Virus record (IMG/VR): IMGVR_UViG_2547132519_000001
Span: 32,001 to 96,000 of that record
Direction: 5' to 3' (one strand)
Origin: a virus
Lineage: Duplodnaviria > Caudoviricetes
Length of the DNA stretch: 64,000 nt
Positions 40,079 through 48,596 of the stretch are shown here, one piece after another; within the stretch, counting starts at the first letter, position 1; every line of letters starts with the position of its first letter. A program made the translations under genes and the position numbers. The notes under the pieces were generated by a model that saw only the letters and a program-made list of their open reading frames with translations, did no database searches and had not been told where the DNA came from.

Positions 40079-40351
40079 AAAGCCACTGGATAAATCTGGT
40101 GGCTTTTATGATGGTGAAATAGTATAATGGAGGGTATAGAGAGGTACAAAGTAGTGTAAGAAATTTAAGGAGATACTCTATGAAAAGATATATGAATGAA
40201 CCAGTAGATTATGTATTTACAGATGAGGACGTAGTTAAGGAGTATAAAAGATTTAGTGATATAAAAAGAACGGCCTCAGTGTTTTGTATAGATGCTAAGA
40301 TCGTTAAACAAATCTTGAAGAAAAAGGGAGAAAGATAGAAAGGAGATTTTT

Positions 40352-40624
40352 ATGAATTTTATACCTAAATTTGAGAATGGAAATAATGAAACTTTATTAT
40401 TAGATACTCCTTTTTATGTGGAATGTCTTAAGTACGCAGATGAACATAAATTAAATGTACTTTATACCGAAACGGAAAGCACTAGCGCAGTCGAGACGAT
40501 TCTAGAATTTAAAAAGCGTGGATACTCTCATGGATTATATGAAGTGCCTACGTTTGCACCAGGTGGGCTGAGATTGGGAAATAAGATATATTGTAGATTT
40601 ACTAGAAAAATAATTGATAAATAA
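40352..40624 (+). CDS. Hypothetical protein
   Basis: ORF track, AAGGAG SD. Confidence 0.65.
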   Translation: MNFIPKFENGNNETLLLDTPFYVECLKYADEHKLNVLYTETESTSAVETILEFKKRGYSHGLYEVPTFAPGGLRLGNKIYCRFTRKIIDK

Positions 40625-40637
40625 AAAGGGAGGAAAA

Positions 40638-41027
40638 ATGGATAAAAAAGACTTTAATATAGGTCAAACTGTATACTTAAAAGTTATACCAGGAAGCAAT
40701 GCCTCAAGGTATATAGATAAATCCAATCCAGATGAATGGATTAAAGAACGGGTTGTAATAAAAATTGGAAGTAAGTTTCTAACGGTGGCTATTGATAATG
40801 AAAATAGAGGCGGGGAGGAAAAATTTCATATCCAAAACATTTCTACTCATCGTCATGATGTTGGGCAAAATTATAAACTCTATTTAACCAAGGAATCAAT
40901 TTTAGAAGATCAAGAGTGTGAGAATTTGTATCGCAAAATAAAAAATGGATTCTCCGATTGGGGGAATGAAGGAAAATATTCATTGGATCAACTTAGATGT
41001 ATTATTAAAACGTTGGAGTTGAAATGA
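40638..41027 (+). CDS. Hypothetical beta-barrel-like protein
   Basis: GGGAGG SD; FNIGQTVYL and VIKIGSKFLTV. Confidence 0.65.
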   Translation: MDKKDFNIGQTVYLKVIPGSNASRYIDKSNPDEWIKERVVIKIGSKFLTVAIDNENRGGEEKFHIQNISTHRHDVGQNYKLYLTKESILEDQECENLYRKIKNGFSDWGNEGKYSLDQLRCIIKTLELK

Positions 41028-41049
41028 TTATTTGATTGGAGGGATTACC

Positions 41050-41403
41050 ATAGGTTACGATATGTATTTGATTAAAGCCGACAAAAGGAAGTTAAGCACT
41101 CTTGATGGTCTGAAGATATATTACGAAGAAATGGAAAGGGCTACAATATCTGATATAAATAGTTATGATCCCATATTGAGAAGGTTCCACAACGATAGAG
41201 AAGATTTAAGATGGGTATGGGAAGAATACAACTATATACCGAGTGATGTATTCTCCGATATTGTGAACTGGTTAAAAGAAAAGATAGAAAATGAAGATTT
41301 CGAACCTGGTTATGATAGAATGTATAGAATGGTCTATGACAACATTAAGGATTGGTTGCCATTAAGAAAATATGAAGCAGTGTTTTTTGAAGAAGATGCT
41401 TAG
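41050..41403 (+). CDS. Hypothetical protein (probable ATA start)
   Basis: GGAGGG SD 6 nt before ATA. Confidence 0.55.
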   Translation: MGYDMYLIKADKRKLSTLDGLKIYYEEMERATISDINSYDPILRRFHNDREDLRWVWEEYNYIPSDVFSDIVNWLKEKIENEDFEPGYDRMYRMVYDNIKDWLPLRKYEAVFFEEDA

Positions 41404-41438
41404 AACACATAAAATAATAGATTTATAGGAGGCTATCA

Positions 41439-41639
41439 GTGAGTGATAATATTTTTACTAAACCAGATAGACCATTTTTGTTATTAAGCGAAAACAATAA
41501 TTCTGTGGTTAGCTACTTTTGGTGCGAGACTGAAGAAGAGCTTCAAGAAGTTGCAAAAGATCTGATTGCAGATGGAGACAAAGTGATTGAATCTATCGAA
41601 ATTGGAAGTTGTCGCGATATAGATATAAAAATCTTATAG
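41439..41639 (+). CDS. Hypothetical protein
   Basis: ORF track, AGGAGG SD. Confidence 0.6.
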   Translation: MSDNIFTKPDRPFLLLSENNNSVVSYFWCETEEELQEVAKDLIADGDKVIESIEIGSCRDIDIKIL

Positions 41640-41647
41640 GAGATTTT

Positions 41648-41869
41648 ATTGAAAAAATCATAGCTACGTATAAAAATGCGGTTGAACAGGGGTTTGACAG
41701 TATTGTACTTGTGATAGATGCAGATGTTGATGAGACATATTATATCAATGATACCGTAAATGGATTCCAGTGCGATAGTTTTGATTACTATTTTGATGAC
41801 TTAGGTTCAGTTGCTGAGGAATTGTTTAACAGAATAAATGGTAATGTTACTGAAATAAAAATAGAATAG
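41648..41869 (+). CDS. Hypothetical protein (probable ATT start)
   Basis: AGGAG SD 5 nt before ATT. Confidence 0.5.
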   Translation: MEKIIATYKNAVEQGFDSIVLVIDADVDETYYINDTVNGFQCDSFDYYFDDLGSVAEELFNRINGNVTEIKIE

Positions 41870-41882
41870 GGGAAACAGTAAG

Positions 41883-42140
41883 ATGAAAACGTTATGTGAT
41901 TTAGAAGAGATGAAGAACAAAGGGCACGATTCTTATGAAAATTATTATGATTATTTTATCGCATACTTATCACATTGCTACGTGTCTAAACTGAGCGGAT
42001 TTGCAATTGTAAAATCAGAATTGTCAAAATGGGATAATGAGTCTCAATTTGTTATATTAACAAAGCTGATTGAAGAATTGAGAGAGATGGATATGCAGTC
42101 TGGGTATGATAAACTATTAGAGTTGTTAAATGAAAATTGA
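41883..42140 (+). CDS. Hypothetical protein
   Basis: ORF track. Confidence 0.6.
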   Translation: MKTLCDLEEMKNKGHDSYENYYDYFIAYLSHCYVSKLSGFAIVKSELSKWDNESQFVILTKLIEELREMDMQSGYDKLLELLNEN

Positions 42141-42159
42141 GATTCAAGGAGGAAACCAA

Positions 42160-42339
42160 GTGAATAGCTTTGAAAAGGAACAAGATAAAATTTTAATGTT
42201 AGAAAAGATGAAAGAAGATTTCTGGGAAACTAAGACTAATGAAGATTCATCATACGAAGAAGTAGAAAGAGATTTTAATGAAATGATAATAGCACATGAG
42301 GCTGATGAAAGAGAAATGGGTATAGAAGAAGATGTATAA
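42160..42339 (+). CDS. Small acidic protein
   Basis: AGGAGG SD before GTG; very Glu-rich. Confidence 0.6.
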   Translation: MNSFEKEQDKILMLEKMKEDFWETKTNEDSSYEEVERDFNEMIIAHEADEREMGIEEDV

Positions 42340-42528
42340 GATGGAAGATTAAAATCTAAGATTTAAGGCGTTGTTTTCATAAAATTTTAAGGCGGATTTA
42401 GACACTAACGAAAGATCCTATTATAATTGGATAGGAAATATACCGGTGTCTAATTGTGATGTATACTCAGCAAAAGGATATGTGATTTTGCAAAGGCAAG
42501 ATGAAGTTTTAATATAAGAGGTGTAATT

Positions 42529-42933
42529 TTGATAAACGAAAATCAAGTTGTTGACTATATCTGTAAATATTTAGAGGACAATAAATATACTGTTGATGAG
42601 CATCGAAATACCTATGAAAGGGGTTATGACATTGTCGCATTTAGCAAAGACGGTAAAAAGCTAATTATTGAAGCCAAGGGTGGTACAAGTTCAAAGCCTG
42701 GAACAAATCGTTTTGGGAAGGATTTTGATAGTAAACAAGTTAGACATCATATTGCTATGGCACTTTATGCGGTTGGTAAAGCCATAACCTCTGATCCGGA
42801 ATGTGAAGTTGGTATTGCAATACCTAAAAACGATGAACACATAAAGGCTTTGAAAAGAATACGGAAGGTTATTGATGTTCTGACGATTAGAGTTTATTGG
42901 GTTTCCTCTAATGGTGAAGTTACTGTTGAATAA
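42529..42933 (+). CDS. PD-(D/E)XK restriction-endonuclease-fold protein
   Basis: E...GYDIVA...IIEAKG motif. Confidence 0.75.
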   Translation: MINENQVVDYICKYLEDNKYTVDEHRNTYERGYDIVAFSKDGKKLIIEAKGGTSSKPGTNRFGKDFDSKQVRHHIAMALYAVGKAITSDPECEVGIAIPKNDEHIKALKRIRKVIDVLTIRVYWVSSNGEVTVE

Positions 42934-42976
42934 TCATAATGAAACTAGGGATTTATTTAAAAAGAGGGGATTATCT

Positions 42977-43567
42977 GTGAAATTACTTAATTACTACCGC
43001 ACCATTGAAAAATTCTGGCATATTGGGGAGAAATGGGATAAATTATCTCCTTCAGAAAAAAACGCTATTGAGTTTGCTCACACAAATATAAATCCAGAAC
43101 CAAATCGAATGGCTGCTGATGGAATTCACTACTCTTTAGAATATTGTCTTGCACATTCGGGGGAAAGAATCAATGAAAGATATCGTCGTGACAGGCCAGA
43201 TCCGATTGATTTACAGATTGCTGATATGATTGCTAACCATAGAACTAAAATTCCCGTCGTACTTTATCGGGGCGTATGTGAAGCTGTCTTTCGTAAGATG
43301 TGTGAAAATGCACAACATATAGACAATGCTGATTTTTATGAAAAAGCATTTTTACAAACATCTCTTGTAAAAGGACATGAAATCAAGTCACAATACCACT
43401 TGAGAATCTACGTACCAGAGGGGGCACAGGCAATTTATTTGGGAAATGTGAACTACGAACAGAAATACTATGAAGTAGTTTTGCAGTGTGGATCAAGGCT
43501 CAAAATCATTTCCATGGACAATAAATATATAAATTGTAGGCTTTTATTAGAATATGAATATAAATAA
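42977..43567 (+). CDS. ADP-ribosyltransferase (VIP2/exoenzyme-like, R-S-E type)
   Basis: VLYRG, FLQTSL, YYEVVL motifs; GTG start after GAGGGG SD. Confidence 0.75.
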   Translation: MKLLNYYRTIEKFWHIGEKWDKLSPSEKNAIEFAHTNINPEPNRMAADGIHYSLEYCLAHSGERINERYRRDRPDPIDLQIADMIANHRTKIPVVLYRGVCEAVFRKMCENAQHIDNADFYEKAFLQTSLVKGHEIKSQYHLRIYVPEGAQAIYLGNVNYEQKYYEVVLQCGSRLKIISMDNKYINCRLLLEYEYK

Positions 43568-43591
43568 TTGATTTAATATTATGGGGGAAGC

Positions 43592-44917
43592 ATGGATACA
43601 ACTGACGATATTCTGAATAGACAAGTTTTTCTGGAAAACCTAAAAAAAATAGTGGAGATGCTATCTAATGAAAGAAAAAGTAGCACGTTTGCAATTAACG
43701 GTGAATGGGGAAGTGGTAAATCGTTCGTACTAAAACGCTTTATAGAAGATATTGAAAATATTCAATCAGAAGATACGGTGTCGGAGAAATATTTAGTATT
43801 TTATTATGATTGTTGGAAATATGATTATTATGAAGAACCATTAATCGCAATTATAGCAGCGATGTTTGAAATGGCAGAAGAAAAGTTAAAGTTTCTTAGT
43901 ACAACATATGATAAAACAATGAAAGCGACTTGGAATACTGTAAAGAATAGCTTGGAAACTATAGCTGGAGAGTTTTGTAAAAGCAAAATAGGATTTGATC
44001 CATATAAGTTTATAGGTGATGTAAAAAAGGAATATAAGGAGGTAACAAATAGTAGACACGAATTTGATAATATGTTTTCTTTTAAATTAACTCTTGATAC
44101 TATAAAAAAACAATTGCAGAGATTAGCAAATAATCATACTATTATTATTATAGTTGATGAAATCGACAGATGCTTGCCAGTATATGCGATTAAAATACTC
44201 GAGCGATTGCATCATACTTTTTTTGATATTAAAAATGTTATAGTGATAATAGCAGTTGATGGTGATCAATTGGATAATACAATCAAACAAATTTATGGGC
44301 AAAATACCAACGTCAATAGATATCTTAAAAAATTTATAGATTTCAAATTAAACTTAGATATAGGCAAGACTAATTTAAATTATGCAGAAAAATATTTATC
44401 TTATTTTAGTAAATTCTATGTTAACTCAGAATTATATGAAGTAATGGAGGTCCTAGCAAGTTTACTTGATAATATTGATATGAGAACACAAGAAAAGTTG
44501 TTCAATAAGGCCGATACTATACATAGGATTGTTAGTAGTGAGAAAAATGATATCTCTTTGTTATTTTTTGAAATGATGTGGATAATTTTGACTTATAAAC
44601 AAGATTCTCAAAATCTTAGGTGGGTAGTAAGTGGGGATAACAGTTTTAAAATTACTAGAAGTGAAAATGACATGGAAATTAAAATTAAGGAAATTGCTGA
44701 TCAATATTGTGGGCCTTCTTGCGCAAGAATTGATGGTAAAGATTATTTAATTGTTAAAAATTCAGCGGTGGGTAAGTCGTTTTTTTACTTATCTTCAATA
44801 TACAATAATTTAGAAAATGGTACTTGTGGAATCCACTTTTTTGATAACGCAAATGAATTAATGGATGAAATATTAAAGGCTCAGAATTTTGTTTCTCTGA
44901 CGTACCTAATTCAATAA
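43592..44917 (+). CDS. KAP-family P-loop NTPase
   Basis: GEWGSGKS Walker A, IIIVDEIDRC Walker B, YLKKFID. Confidence 0.9.
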   Translation: MDTTDDILNRQVFLENLKKIVEMLSNERKSSTFAINGEWGSGKSFVLKRFIEDIENIQSEDTVSEKYLVFYYDCWKYDYYEEPLIAIIAAMFEMAEEKLKFLSTTYDKTMKATWNTVKNSLETIAGEFCKSKIGFDPYKFIGDVKKEYKEVTNSRHEFDNMFSFKLTLDTIKKQLQRLANNHTIIIIVDEIDRCLPVYAIKILERLHHTFFDIKNVIVIIAVDGDQLDNTIKQIYGQNTNVNRYLKKFIDFKLNLDIGKTNLNYAEKYLSYFSKFYVNSELYEVMEVLASLLDNIDMRTQEKLFNKADTIHRIVSSEKNDISLLFFEMMWIILTYKQDSQNLRWVVSGDNSFKITRSENDMEIKIKEIADQYCGPSCARIDGKDYLIVKNSAVGKSFFYLSSIYNNLENGTCGIHFFDNANELMDEILKAQNFVSLTYLIQ

Positions 44918-45192
44918 AATCATCGTTTTACGAGATTAGAAATAAACACTTGTCAAGACATTAGCGTCTTGTGGGTTGAAAATGTTGGTTTAGTAGGGTT
45001 TGTAAATAGTTAGAAGGCATTGGAGAATTATTATCCAGTGCCTTTTATAGTATCTATAAATTAGTGATCAGGAAAGGAAGTAAATATTATGCAAACACAA
45101 TCAATAGAAAACGCACAGAGTAATGTGATTCAATTGTAAGCGCTACATAAAGAAGTGTATTGATCTTTCTGGATTTTTCACCTCTCGAAAAA

Positions 45193-46794
45193 TCAAATAG
45201 TACCTTTATTCAAGCCACAGGATTTTTGCATTGCTTCTGACCAAGGCATCAGTTCTTCCAGGATACTATCGGGCTCATTTTTGTAGTCCAGCATCTTAGT
45301 CATAACTGTTTCCAGATAAAGACGGATGTTTAATCCATTTGCTTTGGCTGTTTCTGCAAGCGTGTAAACAATTGCACTTGCTTTGGCACCTTTTACAGTG
45401 TCATGAAAGAGGAAGTTTTTTCTTCCCATAACATATGATTTCACGGCTCTTTCAGCTGCGTTATTACTAATGGAGCATCTTCCATCAAGGAGGTAATTCT
45501 CCATATACGATTTTTGGTTTTGGGCATAGTTAATTGCCTTGGCAAGCTTTGATCCGCCAAGGGCATTTATCCCATTCACCCACTTCCAGAATGCATCCAG
45601 TACAGGTCGCTCCAGTTCAAGACGCTTTTTCTGTCGCTCTTCTGGTTCTAAGTCTTTCAGTTCTTTCTCTATCTGAAAGAGTTGGTTGCAGTAGGAATAG
45701 CCTGTGTAGGCTTCAGATTTTTCGGAGCATGATCCCTTCTTCTTGGGAATCGCTTCGAACATATATCTTCGAAGATGTGCCCAGCACCCGCATCGGGTAA
45801 TGTCACTCAAACGGTTGTATCCGCTGAAGCCGTCCGTATGGACAAACCCGTGATAATCAGCAAGGAACTTTGCTGCATGATAGCCGCCCCTTGATGGTTG
45901 ATACTCGTAAAGCACAATCCGGTGCTCTTCAAATGCACCGCTGGTGTACAACCATATGTAAGACTTTGATTCTGGAGTCTTGCCATCTTCATTCAAAACC
46001 TGGCATGTCGTCTCGTCTACATGAATGACGGACTGCCTAAGAAGATACTCATGATATCTCTCATAAACGGGTTCCAGATATTCTTCTGCGCATGTATTGA
46101 ACCAGCTGGCAATGGTTCCACGATTCAGCTTGACTCCCAGCTGTGCCCAATCCTGCTCCTGACGATAAAACGGAAGATAGTTCGTACACTTCTGATACAT
46201 GATGTAAGAGACCGCTGTAGCAGAAGCCATACTGTGATTGATGAGTGGCTTTGGCACAGGTGCCTTCTCAATGGTTGAATCACCATCTTCACGGCACTGT
46301 GGACATGCATAGCTATGCTGTACGTATTGGACACGTTCCACTTTTGCTGGAGTGATATGAATCTCTTCACGAACAACTTTGGAGCCGATATCTTCCATTT
46401 TAGTATTACAGTAAGGGCAGTTACGAGAATCACCTTCCAGTAAAAGCTCAATGGTCCTTATCGGTACATTTTTTGTAAGTTCATCATGCGTAGCACGGGA
46501 TTTTTTCTTCTCATGCGCTGTCACATTGATCATTTCCGGTTCGTGAACGTGTTCATCAATTCCCAACTGATCGAACAAGCTGAGTTGTCCGTCAATGTAA
46601 GGTAAGTTCGATGATTTCTCACTGGAAATACCAAAGATTTTTCGTTTCAGTTCATTAATTGTTTCCGTGAGGTTTGCAATGGTCTGGTTTAATTGTTCCA
46701 TCTGATGATCTTTTGCTTCCAGCTGTTTGAGCAGATTACTGACCAGCAGATTCATGTTAAGATCTTCGGTTTCAACAGACTTTTTCATGACCAT
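45193..46794 (-). CDS. tnpC: IS66 transposase TnpC
   Basis: Leucine zipper, CPYC/CPQC finger, HVDET, CWAHLRR, NNAAER. Confidence 0.95.
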   Translation of the reverse strand: MVMKKSVETEDLNMNLLVSNLLKQLEAKDHQMEQLNQTIANLTETINELKRKIFGISSEKSSNLPYIDGQLSLFDQLGIDEHVHEPEMINVTAHEKKKSRATHDELTKNVPIRTIELLLEGDSRNCPYCNTKMEDIGSKVVREEIHITPAKVERVQYVQHSYACPQCREDGDSTIEKAPVPKPLINHSMASATAVSYIMYQKCTNYLPFYRQEQDWAQLGVKLNRGTIASWFNTCAEEYLEPVYERYHEYLLRQSVIHVDETTCQVLNEDGKTPESKSYIWLYTSGAFEEHRIVLYEYQPSRGGYHAAKFLADYHGFVHTDGFSGYNRLSDITRCGCWAHLRRYMFEAIPKKKGSCSEKSEAYTGYSYCNQLFQIEKELKDLEPEERQKKRLELERPVLDAFWKWVNGINALGGSKLAKAINYAQNQKSYMENYLLDGRCSISNNAAERAVKSYVMGRKNFLFHDTVKGAKASAIVYTLAETAKANGLNIRLYLETVMTKMLDYKNEPDSILEELMPWSEAMQKSCGLNKGTI

Positions 46795-46882
46795 GTACCT
46801 CCTTGAATGATATACTTATTATACCACAAAGGAGACCGCAAAGCCAGTAAATAAGCGGTTCTGCGTGTACTTTATCAGATGC

Positions 46883-47236
46883 TTAAAAGGGCTTTTTGGC
46901 AACGGGTTTAATTGCCTTTGGCTGCTCAATAGAAAGACCTTCCATAAGCCAACGGAATTCCTGTCTGGTCAAATTTCTAACATCTTCTGAATTACGTGGC
47001 CACTGGAAACGGCCGGAATCTAACCGTTTATAAAGTAACACAAAACCATCTTTGTCAAAATGCAGTGCCTTCAGTCTGTCGCATCTTTTTCCGCAGAAAA
47101 GAAAAAGGGAATTACTGAAAGGATCTAACTCATAGGTATCCCGGACAATTGCCATAAGACCGTCTATGCTACGCCTCATATCGGTGTAGCCGGCCACAAG
47201 AAATATCTTTGCCACGCCGGAGAGATCACCTAGCAC
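46883..47236 (-). CDS. tnpB: IS66 accessory protein TnpB
   Basis: TDMRRSIDGL and KRLDSGRFQWP. Confidence 0.95.
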   Translation of the reverse strand: MLGDLSGVAKIFLVAGYTDMRRSIDGLMAIVRDTYELDPFSNSLFLFCGKRCDRLKALHFDKDGFVLLYKRLDSGRFQWPRNSEDVRNLTRQEFRWLMEGLSIEQPKAIKPVAKKPF

Positions 47237-47595
47237 AGTTGTCGCAACGCATTTAATGTTGCTGTAATAATGGCGGCATCTGCATTGTTACTGATAGCCA
47301 AAACAAAGCCATTGTATTCCAGATGGATTGCAATCCGATCCGTTTGTTTTTTAGGAAGAACTGCTTTTGTTTCTTGCAGTTCGTTGTAGTGAATTGGTAC
47401 AACTTCTGTTTTCTCTAGAACTTTTGGAACAGAGTCAGGAATCATAGAGGCTTTCTTCCTCAGCCGCTTTATATTGTAATAAAAAGAGCTGGTAGGTATA
47501 CCATTCTGACTGCACCAGGCGTAATCAGATAAGCCGCTTACGCGGCACTGCTGGATGCAATCCATCCAGTATTCATCTTTTTGAGCTTTTGTCAT
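47230..47595 (-). CDS. tnpA: IS66 accessory protein TnpA
   Basis: SGLSDYAWCSQNGI...FYY HTH. Confidence 0.9.
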   Translation of the reverse strand: MTKAQKDEYWMDCIQQCRVSGLSDYAWCSQNGIPTSSFYYNIKRLRKKASMIPDSVPKVLEKTEVVPIHYNELQETKAVLPKKQTDRIAIHLEYNGFVLAISNNADAAIITATLNALRQLC

Positions 47596-48596
47596 ATTTT
47601 AAAATCCTCCAAGAAAATATGGAGTAAAATGATACAAAAGTTTGAAGTAAAATAGCAGTGAAATGCTACAACCTTTGTTGTTCAAGAACAGAACTTAGAG
47701 TGAATTACTCCAACTGTCCTTATTTTACAGCAAAAAAAGTCAATTAGCACGACGGTAGATTATGTTGCGCTTACATTCAATTAGAGGTAGTTAAGAAGTC
47801 AAAACAGAATCCAAAGCTGAAGACAGACGGAGCAGAAAAGCAGACTCCTAATAATAATTCTGTAGATCGTTGGGTATACCCCATTAGAGAAAAATCAGAT
47901 GTTAAAAAGTGTATTGATTATTTACATGAGAAAGCATTGTCAGCAACCAGGTTGGACACACAAAGAGCTGCATATCGTGATTGGTTTCTTTTTGTCGTTG
48001 GAATCAATGTTGGATTACGTGTGTCAGATTTGACTCGGCTTAAATGGGATAATATTTTTGAGGCTGACATGAAAACTTTTGTCGATGGAAGAAATAAAGA
48101 AGAACAGAAAACTGGTAAAATGAAATTAATCTGTCCAAACGAATATATGAAGAAAGTAGTCAAAGAGTATTTGTATTTCTCTGACGTTGAACCAAAAGCT
48201 GACAAGTACGTGTTCCTGTCTGGGAGAAAGAATAAAGACGGGGGATATTCGCAGATTTCGGATGCAGCCGTTGAGAAAATGATTAAGGAAGTAACAGGGG
48301 CTTGTGGCATCACAGGAACCTACAACACTCATAGTCTTAGGAAAACCTATGCTTATCACAAGTATATGATGTATGTGCGGAATAATGATCCTCTCTCTCT
48401 AGTTAAGGTACAGAAGGATCTAAATCATAGGAATAGCAGCGATACGGCTAGGTATCTTGGTATTACGAGAGACGAGCAGATTAAAAGTAGTATGGAACTT
48501 GGAGAATATTGGGATTTATAATGGAATAGAGGCTTGAAGTGTGGTAAAATAGAGGAAAATAAGTAATTGCGGCAATATAGAAAGGAGGAGTTGTAC

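Larger units (their letters stand above)
28638..44931 (+). repeat. Array of about 33 dispersed 18-bp quasi-palindromes (WTRAAA-N6-TTTYAW) at gene boundaries
   Basis: e.g. 31782 ATGAAA-AGTAAG-TTTCAT, 33385 ATAAAA-AACAGG-TTTTAT, 33762 ATAAAA-AGCACA-TTTTAT, 35943 ATAAAA-GAGATA-TTTTAT, 44914 ATAAAA-TCATCG-TTTTAC. Confidence 0.8.
45136..47774 (-). mobile_element. IS66-family insertion sequence
   Basis: TIRs GTAAGCGC(T/A)ACATAA; 8-bp TSD ATTCAATT at 45128-35 and 47775-82; tnpA-tnpB-tnpC. Confidence 0.95.
45089..48521 (+). pseudogene. Tyrosine recombinase (about 261 aa reconstructed) interrupted by IS66
   Basis: MQTQSIENAQSNVIQL (45089) rejoins in frame at 47781 once the IS and one TSD copy are removed; GLRVSD, HSLRKT, LNH...RYLG intact. 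Confidence 0.9.

Noticed and set aside
28638-44931. CRISPR array reading of the boundary repeats
   Set aside because: Repeats are 18 bp, degenerate and separated by whole genes; no cas genes in the window
28638-44931. Boundary motif as an intrinsic terminator or classical attC
   Set aside because: AT-only 6-bp arms with no U-tail are too weak; no RYYYAAC/GTTRRRY cores or long attC hairpin
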